Source: Octopus sinensis
Taxonomy: Eukaryota
NCBI RefSeq assembly: GCF_006345805.1
Contig: NC_043002.1
Coordinates: forward strand, 37,882,001 to 37,946,000
Length of the DNA: 64,000 bases
Reading direction: 5' to 3'
Below are positions 26,491-41,830 of the stretch, piece after piece (the first letter of the stretch is position 1; each line of letters opens with the position of its first letter). The notes beneath the pieces are model-generated. The model was not told the origin of the DNA, did not search any database, and saw only the letters and a list, made by a program, of their open reading frames with translations. Made by a program: the position numbers and the translations under genes.

Positions 26491-29400
26491 ATGTATATAT
26501 ATATATATATATGGACTGAAAAATTATTTCTTTCAATTGCATGTTCTCCAACGACTTAGAGATGTTCTCGTATTATTGTCTTCGTGAGAATTGCCTTAAA
26601 CCGGTTACTGGTCTGTTCAACCAACGTCACTATCATTCACAAATGGCCAATAGATTCCCGTTATTTATTTATTTCAAGTATATTACAGTCTGATAGTGTT
26701 AACTTGAGTTCCGGATAAAGAATGAGCTTGGATTGACTATTCTTTTCAATCTTACTGGGCGAATAATATGCAGTAAACATCTAAATCTCTTCGTCGCAGA
26801 TATTTACTAAAGACAAAATGAAACCAGAATTATTTCGGTTTTATTGCCCGAAATTTTATTGTTTTGGAGATAGGTACTTTTATTGATGTAATGTGGATTT
26901 TTTTTTAATGTAGATATTACTGTATTTGGTATTGCTGATAACACAAATATTTGTGTAAAAATTGTTAACATTGATAATATAACACTATTGATGATATAAA
27001 AGCAACTGTTTTTCACACAACTGCTGTTACTATTCAAACTAGAATGATAGGTTATTTCCGACATGACGCCACAGAGATCATCTGCCAGCTTAATTTTCGG
27101 TCATACACTTAACGTAATAGACATTTACAACTTTAAGAACGTGTCATTTGTGTGTGTGTGAGAGAGGTTTCCCTCTATATCTATTCTCTATCTCTCCTCC
27201 TCTCTCTCTATATATATATATGTTTTTTTAAAGTTATTAACTATTTAAAAAGTATTCTAGGCTTTGTGGAGGAAGTCCGTATATGTATATTTTATGTCTA
27301 ATGTGTATCTTGTATGTAAGCGCTTTAGCTTTTCCATTTTGCGAACACAATTGTACCGGACTAATTCATAAAAAAGTTGTTTATTTTTTGTGTGATGGTG
27401 TTATCTGTTTCCGGTTTAGTTTCGCATTTCGAATTCTTACAAATATCCTACCAGTCTAGTTGAAACGTATAAATTCTTTCAGAACCTCTCCGCAATTCTT
27501 TGTCTATCGAGAACTCTATCTATTCAGAACTCTAGTGCTTCTAATCCTAATCCACGGGGGATATGTGTGCAAAGACTAGTTGCGTCAAAGCTGACTATTC
27601 ATTTTTCTGGAATATAGTTTAGAAAGTCATCTCTGATGAAACTAGGTACCAATTTGCACAAAGGTTCCAAGGTTATGTCAAGCAAGATAAGTGTACGCAT
27701 TCATCCTGTTTGTAGTTATTTTCTTAATTCTTGGTACCTATAAGGAAAGAAACGTTGTGTTCGAAAGAAACATTTAGTTGTCAATTTGGAAAAACAGTGG
27801 AAGTTATATTTGAAGTCTTCCCTGAGCTTCACATTTTAACTGTAAATATAGTTGCTATTTTCAAGTTGCTGTTTTAAGTAACACAAAAAATTGACAGAAG
27901 TTTTTGAGACATGAAAATTTAAACATGAAATGAGTTTCCAAGTATCAGTTGTTGTTCATAAGATGTATTTCGCATTTACAATTCAATTCACAACATTATA
28001 TAGATTTGATTTGAATCACTTGATTTACATTCTAGCATTTCATTAAATAAACACCTTCGTGGTTGCTATACGAATAATTTCTTTAATGAGTTCTATTTCG
28101 CTTAGAGATAGGCTCATTATCATTTTTGTTTTGCTGTTGATAAATAGTATAGTCGGCGCTATGTATTAAGCAATCGACCTGACATGAACTAAATTGTAAA
28201 GGCCTCACAAATAAATTACATAAATTTTTTTAATCCAATGAGAATTTCAAAACCTTAATGCGGAGAGCAGATGTGATCACACACGGAACAAAGTAGGATG
28301 GAAGACTTGAGCGTGAAATTCAAGTTAGACTATGATTCGCCTACTATCTAGCGTGGAATATCTAAATTTTTCTCCAGATATTTATGATGATAAAACTATT
28401 CCTCGCCTGCAAGTTGATTATAAAGTTTTCGTCTGTGTTTTACAGCTGGTGTAATGAGGTTGGTAGCTGATGATTGTCCTCGATAAATATCAAAGAAGGT
28501 TCTCATTGTAGGATTGGGAGGAGAGTGCATTATAGGGCAGGCCTTGCATGTTGAATAGCTTACAGCCGACCCTGTTGCTTCAGTACTGTTGACTCTACGT
28601 TGTCGCTGATGGTATTGATGAAATATACGCATAAGTTGCTGTTGTTTTTAACGCTAGGTTTCCAGCACTGCTACACGACGTTTCGGCCACGATTAGCCTG
28701 CATCGTCTATAACTACTAAATTCCAATGTGGTCATACTTTCCTTTTCTAAGGTAGTTGATTCTGATTCGAAGGGATATTTAGCTGCTATCTCTAATAAGT
28801 ACAGGGATCACATATAAGTTGCATTGTTGGTTCACCGATGTTGTAGTTTCTAATACGATTGAATTGTTGTCTTATTACTTTTGTGGATACATATGATGTT
28901 TACTGTATATTTATCGACAGTGCTAAATCTTATTTAGATTTTGATGTCATCTTACTAGATTTTCGTATTATTTTTCTTTGGTTCTGGCAAACGTACTAAC
29001 ATTAGGGGCAAAACATAGGATGGGAGGTTATAAAGATCGGTTAGAGTTAATGCTGCTTTATTTTCCTCGATGTTAGGCTCATATAGATCTAACAGGCATT
29101 AGAGATTATGACCGGAAAATGTGCAGAAACTATTGCAGATTATGGAATCATCACTGAAAGTTTTAGCTTCATGCGGTGTTGGGGTTAGCATAGCCTGATG
29201 AAGTGCATCTTTCTATCACCAATGATACAAGAAATAAGCGGATAAATAGGGATAAAATAAAAATTGATCGTATATCACTGGATCATCTCAACGAGTGCTT
29301 ACCACCACTCACTGCTGGATATAGCCGAAAGCTAAACAAGCCAGAGCTTAGGGGCTTCACAGTTCACAGCGACTTCAAATGAATTCAAACATATATAGTT

Positions 29401-29817
29401 ATATATAGTTATATTTAATATGCTTGCGAACATTCGGACAAGGAAGGACAGTACACAGCAAAAGTCATCTCGAGAGAAGTAATTCTCTTTATAGACAATA
29501 CTGTTTACATCTATATTTAAAGCAGTAAAAATTCCATGCTTGATAAATGTTCATATTGATGCTTAAATATACGGATCCTCATAAGATTGTTTAATTATGT
29601 TAAAAATTTCGATTATATCTTCACTTTTGTTCCATAGTTGATATTGTTGAACGTGCAACATTTCAACTTGTTTCATTACGTAAAAAAGATTCAATGTCTT
29701 TGATTCTATTCAATAAATAGGGTTGTTAAAACTTTTACACTCGAACGAATGACATTGAAACCAGAATATTATAGATGATTGTATTTGCTTCCGTGGCTAC
29801 TTAATATTAATAAGCAC

Positions 29818-29818
29818 T

Positions 29819-29881
<63 letters not shown>

Positions 29882-29895
29882 TAGTAGTAGTAGTA
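29818..29895. repeat. (TAG)n microsatellite
   Basis: Direct reading. Confidence 0.98.
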
Positions 29896-31469
29896 ACGAA
29901 CATGTTAATAAGAAATGAACACTTTTTTTCCAAAATGCGTTTTAAGATATTAATTGCATCCTTATACGGAAACCGCTCCCTCCATTTCTTAACAACATAT
30001 AACATGATTGGCGTAAAAATAACTGTAAATCATTATAAACTAGTGCACTTATTTTAGTTAGCTCTTGCATAACCTAACTAGTTTCATTTACTTTACTTGC
30101 TTGAGCAACCGACAGCAACCTGCTGTTCGCTGTCCCGATCTTTCAGAAACGTTTCCAACTCTTGTTCGTACCTTTCTGGTACTTTATTAATTACGAAGGA
30201 AAGATAAGGAAAGAAGTAACACGCCTCACAGCACAAAAAGGAAGGGTAAAAATAGATTTTGGCACGTTTGATAGTTGCTGTTGTTTTTGGTTTATATTTA
30301 TATCTTCACTTCGAACAAATTTAAGGTAGGTGTGTTAAAAGTAAAACAAAATTTCTATTCAAAAGAGAATGAGTGTTGTTTACTCGACTAAAATATTCGC
30401 TTGTCGCTGCTATTAATTCATGTGTGAAAAGCGAACTAAATTTATATTAAGATTTAATCTTTTTCATCCTTTTTAGTTTCAAGTCTAAAATATTCCAATG
30501 TTGACATTGTTTTTTCATTTCTCTATAATCAATATTGAGATCGATACATTCAAGTATATATATCATCCTTTCAACGGATGCTTATTGAAGGTCCTTATTT
30601 TAGATTAGTGGTTAGTTCTCATGAGATGCACCGTGACTTTGGTTTTTGCTTGAGATCGTTTCGCTTAACGTTTGCCACAAATTACTTTTGAAAAGAACTT
30701 GCACATCAACATTTCTATTTTTTTTCTACCTGAAAAAAATACCAAGTGTCTATTCAGGTAGGAATAGTTGTTATTGCTACTGTTGTTCTATTACCCAGAA
30801 GTCCTGAACGCGCTGTCATATAGCATGAATTTAGTCGGTAGAAGCTCAAGGCAGGACCAAAATACTTATTTCCCTAGTTATTACATATTTCCGCCAAGCT
30901 GAGAACGATACTGCACACTTCGACATACTATGATGAATCAATCGCATATCGTGCTGCGTCACAATCCGTGTATATTGCCTTTTTCCCATTTTCAGTCTGT
31001 TCCTGTAGACTCACAGGCTTTGAAGGCGGCCATAGCAAGCAAGAATACTGAAACTGCTCAGAGTGCGATCATTAGTGTTCACCTCCGCAATGTTTCAACT
31101 CCTCCAGTTTATAGATGTTGCAGCTATATTTGTATATGCGTTTCTTATGCTTGTCTCAGTTGTGTGGGAACAATATTGACTCTAGGATGTTGTAGTAGTG
31201 CTCTGGAGTTTGTAAGTACCTGAGTGCCTCGGAATAGTTATTCAAACTCTTACATGGAGTGTGTAGTGAGGTATGAAACTGAAATAAATTATCCGTTTCA
31301 CATATCCCGATGGCGTTTAATTTTTAGCAGTTTTGTTTCATTATACTTGAGGTACAAATGTAACCTGTATACAACTTCTTATGCATAGTGTACTATTTTG
31401 TATTCTTTCTAGTTTCTCTTTATATCGTCGAGAGATTTGGGCGCCATGACAACACTTACACATTCTCTC

Positions 31470-31877
31470 TTTTACTCTTTTACTTGTTTCAGTCATTTGA
31501 CTGCGGCCATGCTGGAGCACCGCCTTTAATCGAGCAACTCGACCCCGGGACTTATTCTTTTGTAAGCCCAGTACTTATTCTATCGGTCTCTTTTGCTGAA
31601 CCGCTAAGTGACGGGGACGTAAACACACCAGCATCGGTTGTCAAACAATGCTAAGGGGACAGACACAGACACACAAACATACACGCACACACATATATAT
31701 ATACATATATACGACGGGCTTCTTTCAGTTTCCGTCTACCAAATCCACTCACAAGGCATTGGTCGGCCTGGGGCTATAGCAGAAGACACTTGTCCAAGGT
31801 GCCACGCAGTGGGACTGAACCCGGAACCATGTGGTTGGTTAGCAAGCTACTTACCACACAGCCACTCCTGCGCCTAT
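31470..31877 (-). mobile_element. SINE family A, full length
   Basis: Reverse complement of full head-to-tail family A. Confidence 0.92.
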
Positions 31878-32119
31878 TGTACACAATTGTTAGTGTTTCT
31901 TTCTCTTAATCAACCCCGTACCTGTGATTCATTTAAGTATATTTCTGCGACATTTTACATTCTTTTTTATATCTTTCACGTTTTTTTTTGTTTCATATGT
32001 ATATATAGTTAGGTGTGAGGTTAAATTGTATTCTCTGATGATGATGGAATGAAAGTAGCCTGTCGATTTCGTAGGTGCTGCTTGAAGTCTATTGTTCTGG
32101 AGGCATATGTCTATATGAT

Positions 32120-32330
32120 TTATTTAGAGTTCGACTAGTGTGCAGCACAAAGAGTGACAGAGAGAGAGAGGAGAAATGGAAAGAAAGGAAGAGACGTAAA
32201 CAAGAGACTATGGCACTACAACCAGCCAGGAACAGTCTTCGTTACATTTGCGGTACCTGCCAGAGGGAGTGTTTGTCCAGGATATGACTACACAGCCACA
32301 GCAGGAAATGTATCAGGACATGAAATATAA
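32120..32330 (+). mobile_element. RTE LINE C-terminal zinc-finger fragment
   Basis: KERKRRK...YICGTCQRECLSRI*LHSHSRKC (C2H2-like tail). Confidence 0.7.
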
Positions 32331-33024
32331 AAGCCGGACTAAACTACAAAAAAAAAAAAAATGCGCAACTCCATTGTCTCCCGAGACAGAAAAGATGCCA
32401 ATACAATAGTGTGCAGCAGTGTCTGCAGAATGGGGGCGCAATATGAGTCTGATGTCATTAACGTATGGGATTGTGCAAGTGTTTTGTGATGGCATAGGAA
32501 GTTATAATAGTTGAAAAGTGTGAGTAGAGAGGTAGACTCCTATGATACCTCATTCTACAAAATACTAGTTCAGTAAATATTGTTCTTGTGGGCTATAATT
32601 CTTGAACGCCTGAATTTCGCGTTGTTTGATTTTAAGGTGTTGCTGGGTAACTTTTATATAGGTGACTTTAAGAGAACGGAGGCAAAAAGCTTTGCTGTTG
32701 TAGGAGAGAAACCAATATTTTATCGTACCATAGTCAAACCGCAACATTTTTCTAATTTCCGTTTAAAACCACATTATACGCTTTATGCCGATGCAACTTT
32801 AGATAACTGTATGTATACCACACCCGCTGTAACATTTCCTAGATACATATGGAATTTAGGTTAGATATAATACCGAAATATTGTAGAAAATTAAGTACTT
32901 AATGCATAACTGAAGTGGAGATGAACAAATGAAATGCTCAAGACCGGGTTCACGTTTTAGCTGCAATTCTTTCACTTATACCACTAATGCTAATGAAAGC
33001 TTGTAATTCAATAGTCATTTCTTT

Positions 33025-33225
33025 ATTGCCCACAGGGGGCTAAACACAGAGGGGACAAACAAAGGGTTTAAGTCGAGTACGTAACTGGTACTTATTTAAT
33101 CGACCCCGAAAGGTTGAAAGGCAAAGTCGACCTCGGCGGAATTTGAACTCAGAACGCAACGGTAGACGAAATACCGCTAAGTATTTCGCCAGATGTGCTA
33201 ACGATTCTGCCAGCTCATCGCCCTT
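33025..33225 (-). mobile_element. SINE family B
   Basis: Reverse complement of family B. Confidence 0.9.
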
Positions 33226-35899
33226 GTAATCCAATATTATGATCATTGTATAAGTAATTCTTCTTCTGCATTGAGAATGAAAACTTTTCGTTTGCAACTT
33301 TTAGCTTTTTGTGTAAACTTGCTTAAGACATTTGGAGCTCATTTTTGTAAACAAGAGACATGTATTAGACTCTGACTTTGATTTTTCAATGTTGTCTTTC
33401 TGAATCTCATTGTAACTAATAGGTTTTTCCGATACGTGAAAACTATAAATGGCATTTAGAATGATCTAATTATTCAATGTTTCATCTTACCATTGTAAAA
33501 TCGCTCAATATAGAAAATTGGTCTGAAATAGGGATATAAAAGAAGTAATTTGAAGCAGGCAGACACAAATTGGTTGAAACGTCTACGACTAAAGGTTAAC
33601 AGGATTTGAGAAGCAATCGGAATTGAATTGTTACAGAAATGTATCAGCCGATGTAATATGGTATTATATGTGTATGACAGCTTAGGTAAGATTTGTATAT
33701 ATTCTGTTCGAAGAATCTGTAGACGACAAAGCAAATTGTGATGAAGATATGGGTAAAAGAAATTCAAAGAGACAGAAAGCACGCAAAGCTTGTAATATTG
33801 GGTATATAAAAGAAATGAAAGGGGTTAAGGACGTAATAAAATGCAATGGGATGAAAAAAAATAGATTAAACGGTCAGTCTGGTATGACACACCAGTATAC
33901 AAGAAACAACAAGTGTATAAAGCATCAGGAAACACGAAGGAAGGAAATCTAAGTTATAAAATAATAAAAGTTCACAAGCTTGTTGCAATATGTTGCAACG
34001 AGTGACAAAGAACAATGTGTCACTTGAAGTCAGTTATGATATCATTCGACTCATTATGAAACGTGACATGAACTAAATTGTAAAATGACTCGAAAGTTAA
34101 CTCATAACAAATATGGATATTGTAATAACTTAAAATATGTTAAGTTTCTTTTGCAACACTGTATGAGTTACAAAAAGTATTCAATATTTGTAAGGGCAGA
34201 AATAGAATTTAATAAAACGAGTGACGTATACATAGGCGTTCGATCTGCTGAAAATGCGGTCAGTTCTGCCGCATATTAAACTCAATGTCTTAAAAATAGC
34301 GATATTTAGGATATGGTGGGGTCCTAGATGCATTACTCCTGAATAAAAAGAAAAGGATGGATATGTTTGGAATGCCTCTAAGAAGAAGTCTGTCAATCAG
34401 TATTGACCGTTAAATAACAATGAGGAAATGTTCTAGCGATTTTGAAGGAATGAAAGTTAAAGTTAATCCGTATGCGAGTGGAAATTCTGACGGAAAGTGA
34501 CCCACCTAAGCATCACATCACTCTTGTAGAGATGCCACCTTCTTGCAGCTCCATCCATTGTTCTATTTACAGACAATAATGATATTCTTAGATTTGATCT
34601 TTATTTTCTTGACACTGTCTTCATATATTTCTGTTCCCTCTCTCTACAGAACGTCATACTGTATCCGGTTTCTATTTTCTTTCATAACTTTCATACAAAT
34701 GAAACCTGAGCTAACCAAATGACCTATGATCACAGGCAATCCAGACGTGACCATACTGTTTTTTATGGAGTATCTAAGTCAGTTATATTCAAAATTTTCT
34801 ATAGACTCAGAGTACATTCCAATAGGTGTTAAAAATATTTCGACACGCCAGTAGCTTTTGAAAATGTTTCTTATGAAATAAAAAAGAGCGTTAAAATTGT
34901 TTTAAACAGAGATGAGTGCACAAACTGCACAATGCCACAATAGAATAGACATGCGGCATTCTATCATCTTATGACATACTCGAAATCTCACGACAGACTT
35001 GTGAACCATAGAGTTAGAAAATATCTGGTATAGGACTACATTATCCAAGATGTCATTTCTGTTCTTAAGTCAGCAGGGTGTAATTTATTTGAAATATCTT
35101 GCAGGCTGAATGATTGTAGAGGTTCTGTCATTGGCTTTGATTAATCCAGAGTGTAATACTGATGTGTAGAAGGAAGAGGAATTATAAAAGGAGAATAATA
35201 TCCAAGAATTGACTGTCCATATCATGTGTAGCATAATAATTGGCAATGCAATTGTCTACTTTGAACACAAGAAAGCAGCCACTGTTATTTCATTCATTCT
35301 TGGTAATGTAGGCGCTATGCATAGGATAATAACAAAAATATAAAACAAAAACACAGAGTAAAATAAGGCAGTGCTGAATACAGCAACACGTTTAAAGCTT
35401 GTTTCAAGGATTGAAGATGATATAAGGATATTTTCATTTCCATTTCGTTTATTTATTTGCAAACCTTCTCAATCCTATCTTAAAAGAAACGAACACTGGA
35501 CAGATCAAAGAAGAAAAGCCTGGTTGAAGATACGAGAAGAATCTGAATTTCGTTGTAACATCTCTTGTTCCCAGATCGATTAGGACACAGTAATATCACT
35601 TCGTGATACAGTATCCGATAAAATGTCTTTTTAAAATCAATTGAGTTATCAGTAATTATGAATAGGGTTTTCAGATGTATCCTTCATTTTTTTCTTCTGT
35701 ACTGATCATTTGAAGAGATTGTGTCACTGAGCATCTTAAATAAATATTCTGAACTACAGGAATGGTGGGAGTGATCAAAGGCGTGTAGCGATACGATAAA
35801 TCTAATAAAGACAGCAGCTGTGGGGAGACAGACAGAATGAAATACAGCGGAAGATGTAGAAAACGAAAGTAGAGATATATTTGACCAATGTTTAATGAA

Positions 35900-37119
35900 G
35901 CATTGTTATAAGCGTTGTCCGAGGGAGGTAGATACTGAGAGCGGGAGAGAGCGAGAGGGAGTGAAAGAGAGAGTAAAACGAAAGAGTTTATATATTTTCA
36001 GTTTATTAGAATGGTTCACCACTGATTTTTCTTGATAAAAAATATACATGTTAAAGAAAAAGCCCAACCAGCTGTTGACATTGCAATTTATGTCACAAAA
36101 GAGAATAGAATAGGATAGAATTTTGAAAGGAAATATTCTCTGAAGAGAGAGGTGGAGAAAGAGAGGGAGCAGACAGGCATGTGCAGACAGAGACAAGCAG
36201 ACAAAGATCAACCGAGAAAGGCACCAGCAGTGGGGGTGCGGGTGGGGCAAAGAAAAGGTGGACGGATAAACAGAAAAAGAAATAGAGAGAGAGAGTAAAG
36301 GAATATTGTAAGGCAGAACAAAAGAGAATATAGTCAATCAAGAAATCGGTGCGCTAGAATGACAGCTTTTATGGGTCACTGTCGATTGCGTATATAAAAT
36401 GGTATGAAAAAGATGAAGGAAAAATGAAATTCCAATTGGAATATTCTTGAAGATAAGGAGGTAAGTTTAGATTAACTGAAAGCATATGGAAAAGGAACAA
36501 TAATGAGATTGAGGGATTGAATCAAAAGTGGGAAGGAGAAGGGAGGTGTGGTTTTGGAGTGTGTAGAGAAGGGAGGTGTGTGTTCGATTATATTGATTCG
36601 AAGAAAACTTACGAAGATATAAGAGAAGGAACGGGAGAGGGGGAGAAAGAGGGAGAGACAGAGAAAGATTGCGTATTCATATGTGTGAGTGTGTGCGTAT
36701 GTCTATGTATTAAGAAATGTAAAAAGAGAAAGGAGTTATTAAAGGAGAGATGAAATAAAATGAAAAGTGAGAAAGACAGAAGTGTAGTATAGAATTTTAT
36801 TTTGAGGATTGAAGTAGAGGGGAAAAGATGAAGATGATGAATCAGAAGTTAGATCTGGGGAGAAAATTGAAAAAGAAACGTATGTAGAATATACGTGAAA
36901 GAGAGAGGGGAAGTAAGAGAAATGAAGAGACAAGGAGAGGTAACGAAAGGATGAAGGAGAAAAAGGAAGGAGATATATTGTAAATCAGAATGTTTGACTG
37001 AATATCCTCAAAAAGAAAGAGAATGAAAGATTATGAGGAGGAAAATGAAAGATACTGGCGGGTGACGAAAGGAATAAATGAAAAGAAAGCTATTATATGA
37101 GGATATTGCATTTTAAAAG

Positions 37120-37163
<44 letters not shown>

Positions 37164-37200
37164 AAAGAGGGAGAGGGAGAGGGAGATATGTCAGTTTCCG
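35900..37200. repeat. GA-rich low-complexity tract
   Basis: Purine-rich plus strand with (GA)n runs. Confidence 0.8.
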
Positions 37201-38434
37201 AAGATATTGCTACAGGTGGGAAACAGTTATAGCGATAGATAATACAGTGGAGTGAGTTGTGAAGTAGGGTGAAGAAAGAATACATATAAACGCATACATA
37301 CATACAGACAGACATGCATGCATACACACACATACACACACATATTTATATAATCTGGCTAATAACCTTATAATGTGCTTTCCAAAACTCCTCTCCCTGT
37401 ATTGGCTATCAAGTGTTGTCATACACTAGGATAATCCGCATATGTCCGTAGAATATAAAGTTTAACACAGGAAACTGGATTGAATAAGATTCATTACACA
37501 TCACTACAATTGTTTCAACGCTTCATTATCAGATGTTGGTTGTTGAATGTTACGCAATATTGCATTCGCAGTTCCCCCCACCCTTTGATTAGTTTGGTAA
37601 AGGTTAAGCAGGCCAAAACTTTGAAGTCACTGACAACAATATTCTTCTTTAAGAGTTACACATACACCTGCACCTCCCCGCAAACACATACATACATACG
37701 CGCACACACACACATATATACATGCATGTACGCATGAAAATATTTATATACGCCAGTCAGTAGACTACGTTCAAATCCATTAACTAATTTTACGTCTTAA
37801 GATCCTTTGAGATCTTTTTTGTCAACTGCATTTAGTTTTAGTTATGCAAATTAATCTTGACCAAGAATTTTCGGAACTCTTTTTCTATATGGGAAATTCT
37901 ATATGAATTCTGTGCTTTCTGTACGAAAAAGCTACTACAACAATCCACAAAATAGCATCCAATAAGATCATTCGTACTGTTCTTCATGCCGAAGTAAAGT
38001 ACTAGCCCTTGCAGAATTTTCCACACGTGAATTGTTATATATTTATTGTATCTTCACCCCAGAGAGTAAAATCGTAGTTTTTTGCCTCACCTAGTAGATC
38101 ATCTTGTGCAGTGAGGCAATCATTTTAGTGTAGTAGCGTTGGATCGCTTCAAGAGCTGTTCTTTATCACTATGCTGTCACCAATGCCGAGTGTAGTAGTG
38201 CAGGAAACGGGGAACAAAGATCTTCTACAAGGTCATCATCACATCTTGGTCCCCTGTCCTTTAGGGCCTTATTATCTACACAGTTAACAATTGCGAAGCA
38301 CAACTATCGTTTAATATAGCTTCTATATAAATTTGAAAATTGCAAGATAGAAATATGCTATGCAATATTGAAAATTGTGCAAAATACAAAAGTAAAACAT
38401 AAAAAAATATCTTAAGCATAACAGATGTGCGGAA

Positions 38435-38486
<52 letters not shown>

Positions 38487-38571
38487 TGTGTGCGTGGGTG
38501 TGTTGCACTCTGTCGATTACGACGATGAGGGTTCCAGTCGATCTGATCAACGGAACAGCCTGCTCGTGAAG

Positions 38572-39582
38572 AATAACGAGTCTGTCAGAAGTTCAGCGTG
38601 AGTTTCGGCGTCACTTCAACGTTTCCCCGAAATTAGGCTCTTCCCACCCGTAACAAAATCTTACCTTGGGTGAATGCAGTTCGTACACGAGGTACACTAA
38701 TGAATAGGAGACCGGTGGGGGCGGCACGAACGGTACGGACTGCGGATACGGTGTCCGAATCGCTCTGCTCGGAGGCATTCCACTGAACTTGCCATCGGTA
38801 ATCGATCGGTAAGGCGTATTTTGCATGAAGACTTGCAATTCCACCCGTACAGATTGGTCACTGGACAATAGTTGAAACTATGGGATTATGCACAGCGGCT
38901 TAACTTTCGCACGTTGGAAGCAATTTTGGGGGCGAATGACAATCTCATTTTGTTAATGAGTGATGAACCTCATTTTCATCTCTATGGCATGGTGAATCCG
39001 AGAGAACTGTATGAAAGACTACTGCAGAACACAATAGTCACTGTCTGGTGTGCTGTTGGAAAAACTGCCGTCATTGGTTCTTACTTCTTTGAAGACAATA
39101 ATGGAAATGCTATCATTGTGAATTCCGAGCGTTACATCGAAATGTTAAACAACTTCGTGTGCCTGAATTACGATGAAAACGTATGCCTATTCGATGTGTG
39201 TTGTTTCAGCATGATGGAGCGACGGCCCACACAGCCAGAGCATCAATGGACGTTCTTCGCCCTCACTTCGATGACCGCTTCATTTCTAGTTTTGCTGACA
39301 TTCTTTGGCTCCCTCAGTCCCCTGATTTGTCCATGTGTGATTATTTTTTGTGGGGAAACCTCAAGGCACGTGTGTATGCGCATAGGCCCCGTACATTAGA
39401 CGATTTGAAGGAAGCTATTCGCGTGGAAGTAACCCAGAACACATGACAGGTGTTACTTTCCACACTTAATTTTGACAAATGCTAATTCCATACGAACACA
39501 TTAACGTCAACAAAATTTGTTTGCATCAAAAATTAAAGATTTTGTGAATTTTTCAAAAACGTCCGTTATTCTGCCCCACCCG
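38572..39582 (+). mobile_element. Tc1/mariner superfamily DD41D (rosa/VS-type) transposon, frameshifted, left end lost
   Basis: SDEPHFHL, VTVWCA, FQHDGATAH...WLPQSPDLSMCDYFLWG, with 41 residues between the second and third D. Right end CCCACCCG then TA. Confidence 0.88.
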
Positions 39583-40519
39583 TACTTCAAAAACTGAAAT
39601 TTGTAACATTGGAACATATTCTAATTAGTTCCGAATTCGCTTCTTTTCACTACCACTTGATTACTCCAATCAAATATACCTTAAAAGATTGGTATATGCG
39701 TTCTCTGGTTCACCTGATGTAGGGAACAGTCAGAGAAGCATATTTTCTTTGCAAGAAGTTTAGGTATTGTATTTGTTCAATGTAGTACGTCATAATCTTC
39801 TTTCCCGTTATTACTCTCGTGTGAACAGTGTCAGAGTCTTATATAATATTTACAATTACCAACTATTATGTGTTGAGTCCCTTCTGTTAAAACCAGGTGA
39901 GGTTTATAAAGTTATGGTATAAAAGTGGGCTTTGTAGTTACTTTTCCGTAAAGAACACACCTGTTCTTACTATGTTCATCGAAATCGAGTATTGTATATA
40001 TACACACACACGCTCGCACATGCACACACACACCACACACACATACATGCACCACCACCACACGTGCACACGTGCACACACACACAGGAACGCACATATA
40101 TCCTCACACACACAACCGCACAAAACAGTCCCACGCACACACAAATACACATACGCACATGCACACACATACACACACACACACATGCACACACGCGCAC
40201 ACACAGGCACACACACATGCACGTACATACACCAGACACAAAGCACACACATACATGCACAAATATATATACACGCACATACACATACTTCAAACTGCCA
40301 GTCAAATACCTTTCTAATGACCGTTCCCTTACGCACACAACTACACAAAAGACCACCACACCTGTTACCAAGCTGCTCAATTCTTCCTACCACATTAACA
40401 GACACAAGGTTCACCCATATATCCACATATAAACAGTCAATACTACACACACAGCACACACACACTTGTTATTACACACACACACATACACACACTTACG
40501 CGCAAGCTCTGCCGCACAT

Positions 40520-40810
40520 ACACATAGATATCTCCTTCTCTTACGCTCTCCTGTCTTAGAAAGAACTTTTTCTTCACCCATTCCCTTCCTGTCATTTCAA
40601 AATGTAACTACATGTGGATCGTTGCGGATTTTTCTCTCCCTTTTCGTTTTGTCTTCGACTTTCCTCTGTCTCCTGTTTCTGAAGAAGAACTTTGCTCGAA
40701 ACGTATTACATAGCTTTCTTTCCTTCTCGGAGCGTCTGTTAATACTTTGCATGTGCCACGTCCTCGCGTTGTTATTTTTTCTTGTCATGTATTATCTTCG
40801 TTTTTTTTTA
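40520..40810 (+). mobile_element. PLE-type 3' UTR with hammerhead-like motif (40673-40712)
   Basis: CTGAAGA a gaac tttg ctc GAAA cgt A. Core is intact but stems are decayed. Follows a CA-rich tract like the PLE at 12400-12700. Confidence 0.55.
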
Positions 40811-40884
40811 TTAATTATACATATACATACATACATACATACACACACGCATATATATATATATGTGTGTGTGTATTATATATA

Positions 40885-40938
<54 letters not shown>

Positions 40939-41226
40939 ATATTAGGGAATAAATCCAAACTTACAGGGAAAAATCAGATTTAGGATTGAATCCAATTTGT
41001 CTCTAATTTAATATAATATATATATACATATATATATATACTAAGCAATAAGGGTTTAGCAACGAGTTGCCTTACCACATACCGAATTTAGAAATAGCAG
41101 TCAAAGGGTTATAGCTATTTCTTCTACTAAAAAGGGAGATCTCAGTAAAAACAGCATTTGGAAGGCAGACACAAACAGGTAAGAGAGAATGAATTGACTG
41201 CAATCTATCATACATTTTTTTAGTTA

Positions 41227-41339
41227 TCCACGGACGTACGTTTCGAAATCAAGTTTTAAGGAAAGCATAAGAATTAATATTAAATATCAAATAATAAATA
41301 ATTCTATCTTACCGAAACTTCTTTTCTCTTCAGCGTAGA
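41227..41339 (-). ncRNA. Type I hammerhead, unit 1
   Basis: Reverse complement of the 44715-44828 fold; C17 at 41233. Confidence 0.85.
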
Positions 41340-41830
41340 ATACTATAATCATAAATGATTATATATTGAATTTTGAGATACCAGAAGGCACCAACTCCAC
41401 TCAGTATCAGAGCGAGCTAGAATCCGCAACTGGTATCACCGAATTCAATTTGTGAATGAAACGATTGTGTCAACAGCCCCCCCACCCGCGTGTAGCCAAA
41501 ACAAGATGCTGTGGTCATCTACTGAGATAAAATATGGTTATCCGTAATAATGAAGGGTGAAATTAATTAATTTGGAAAAATTATCAATTACACCAAGTAG
41601 TCTTCGGCATGTAAAAGCCTCATTCGAGGAAAATTTAAGTAATACTAAGCAATAAGGGTTTAGCAACGAGTTGCCTTACCACATACCGAATTTAGAAATA
41701 GCAGTCAAAGGGTTATAGCTATTTCTTCTACTAAAAAGGGAGATCTCAGTAAAAACAGCATTTGGAAGGCAGACACAAACAGGTAAGAGAGAATGAATTG
41801 ACTGCAATCTATCATACATTTTTTTAGTTA

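Noticed and set aside
28671-28710. Hammerhead-like ggc..ggcc GAAACGTC on the minus strand
   Set aside because: The 3' half is good but the CUGANGA core and stem I are decayed; at most a relic.
30900-31250. RNase H-like AIYTD motif on the minus strand
   Set aside because: Multiple stops and too little similarity to assign.
33474-35583. Hydrophobic ORFs resembling a GPCR or membrane protein
   Set aside because: Short, stop-bounded, without family motifs; likely the antisense of A-rich decayed repeat.
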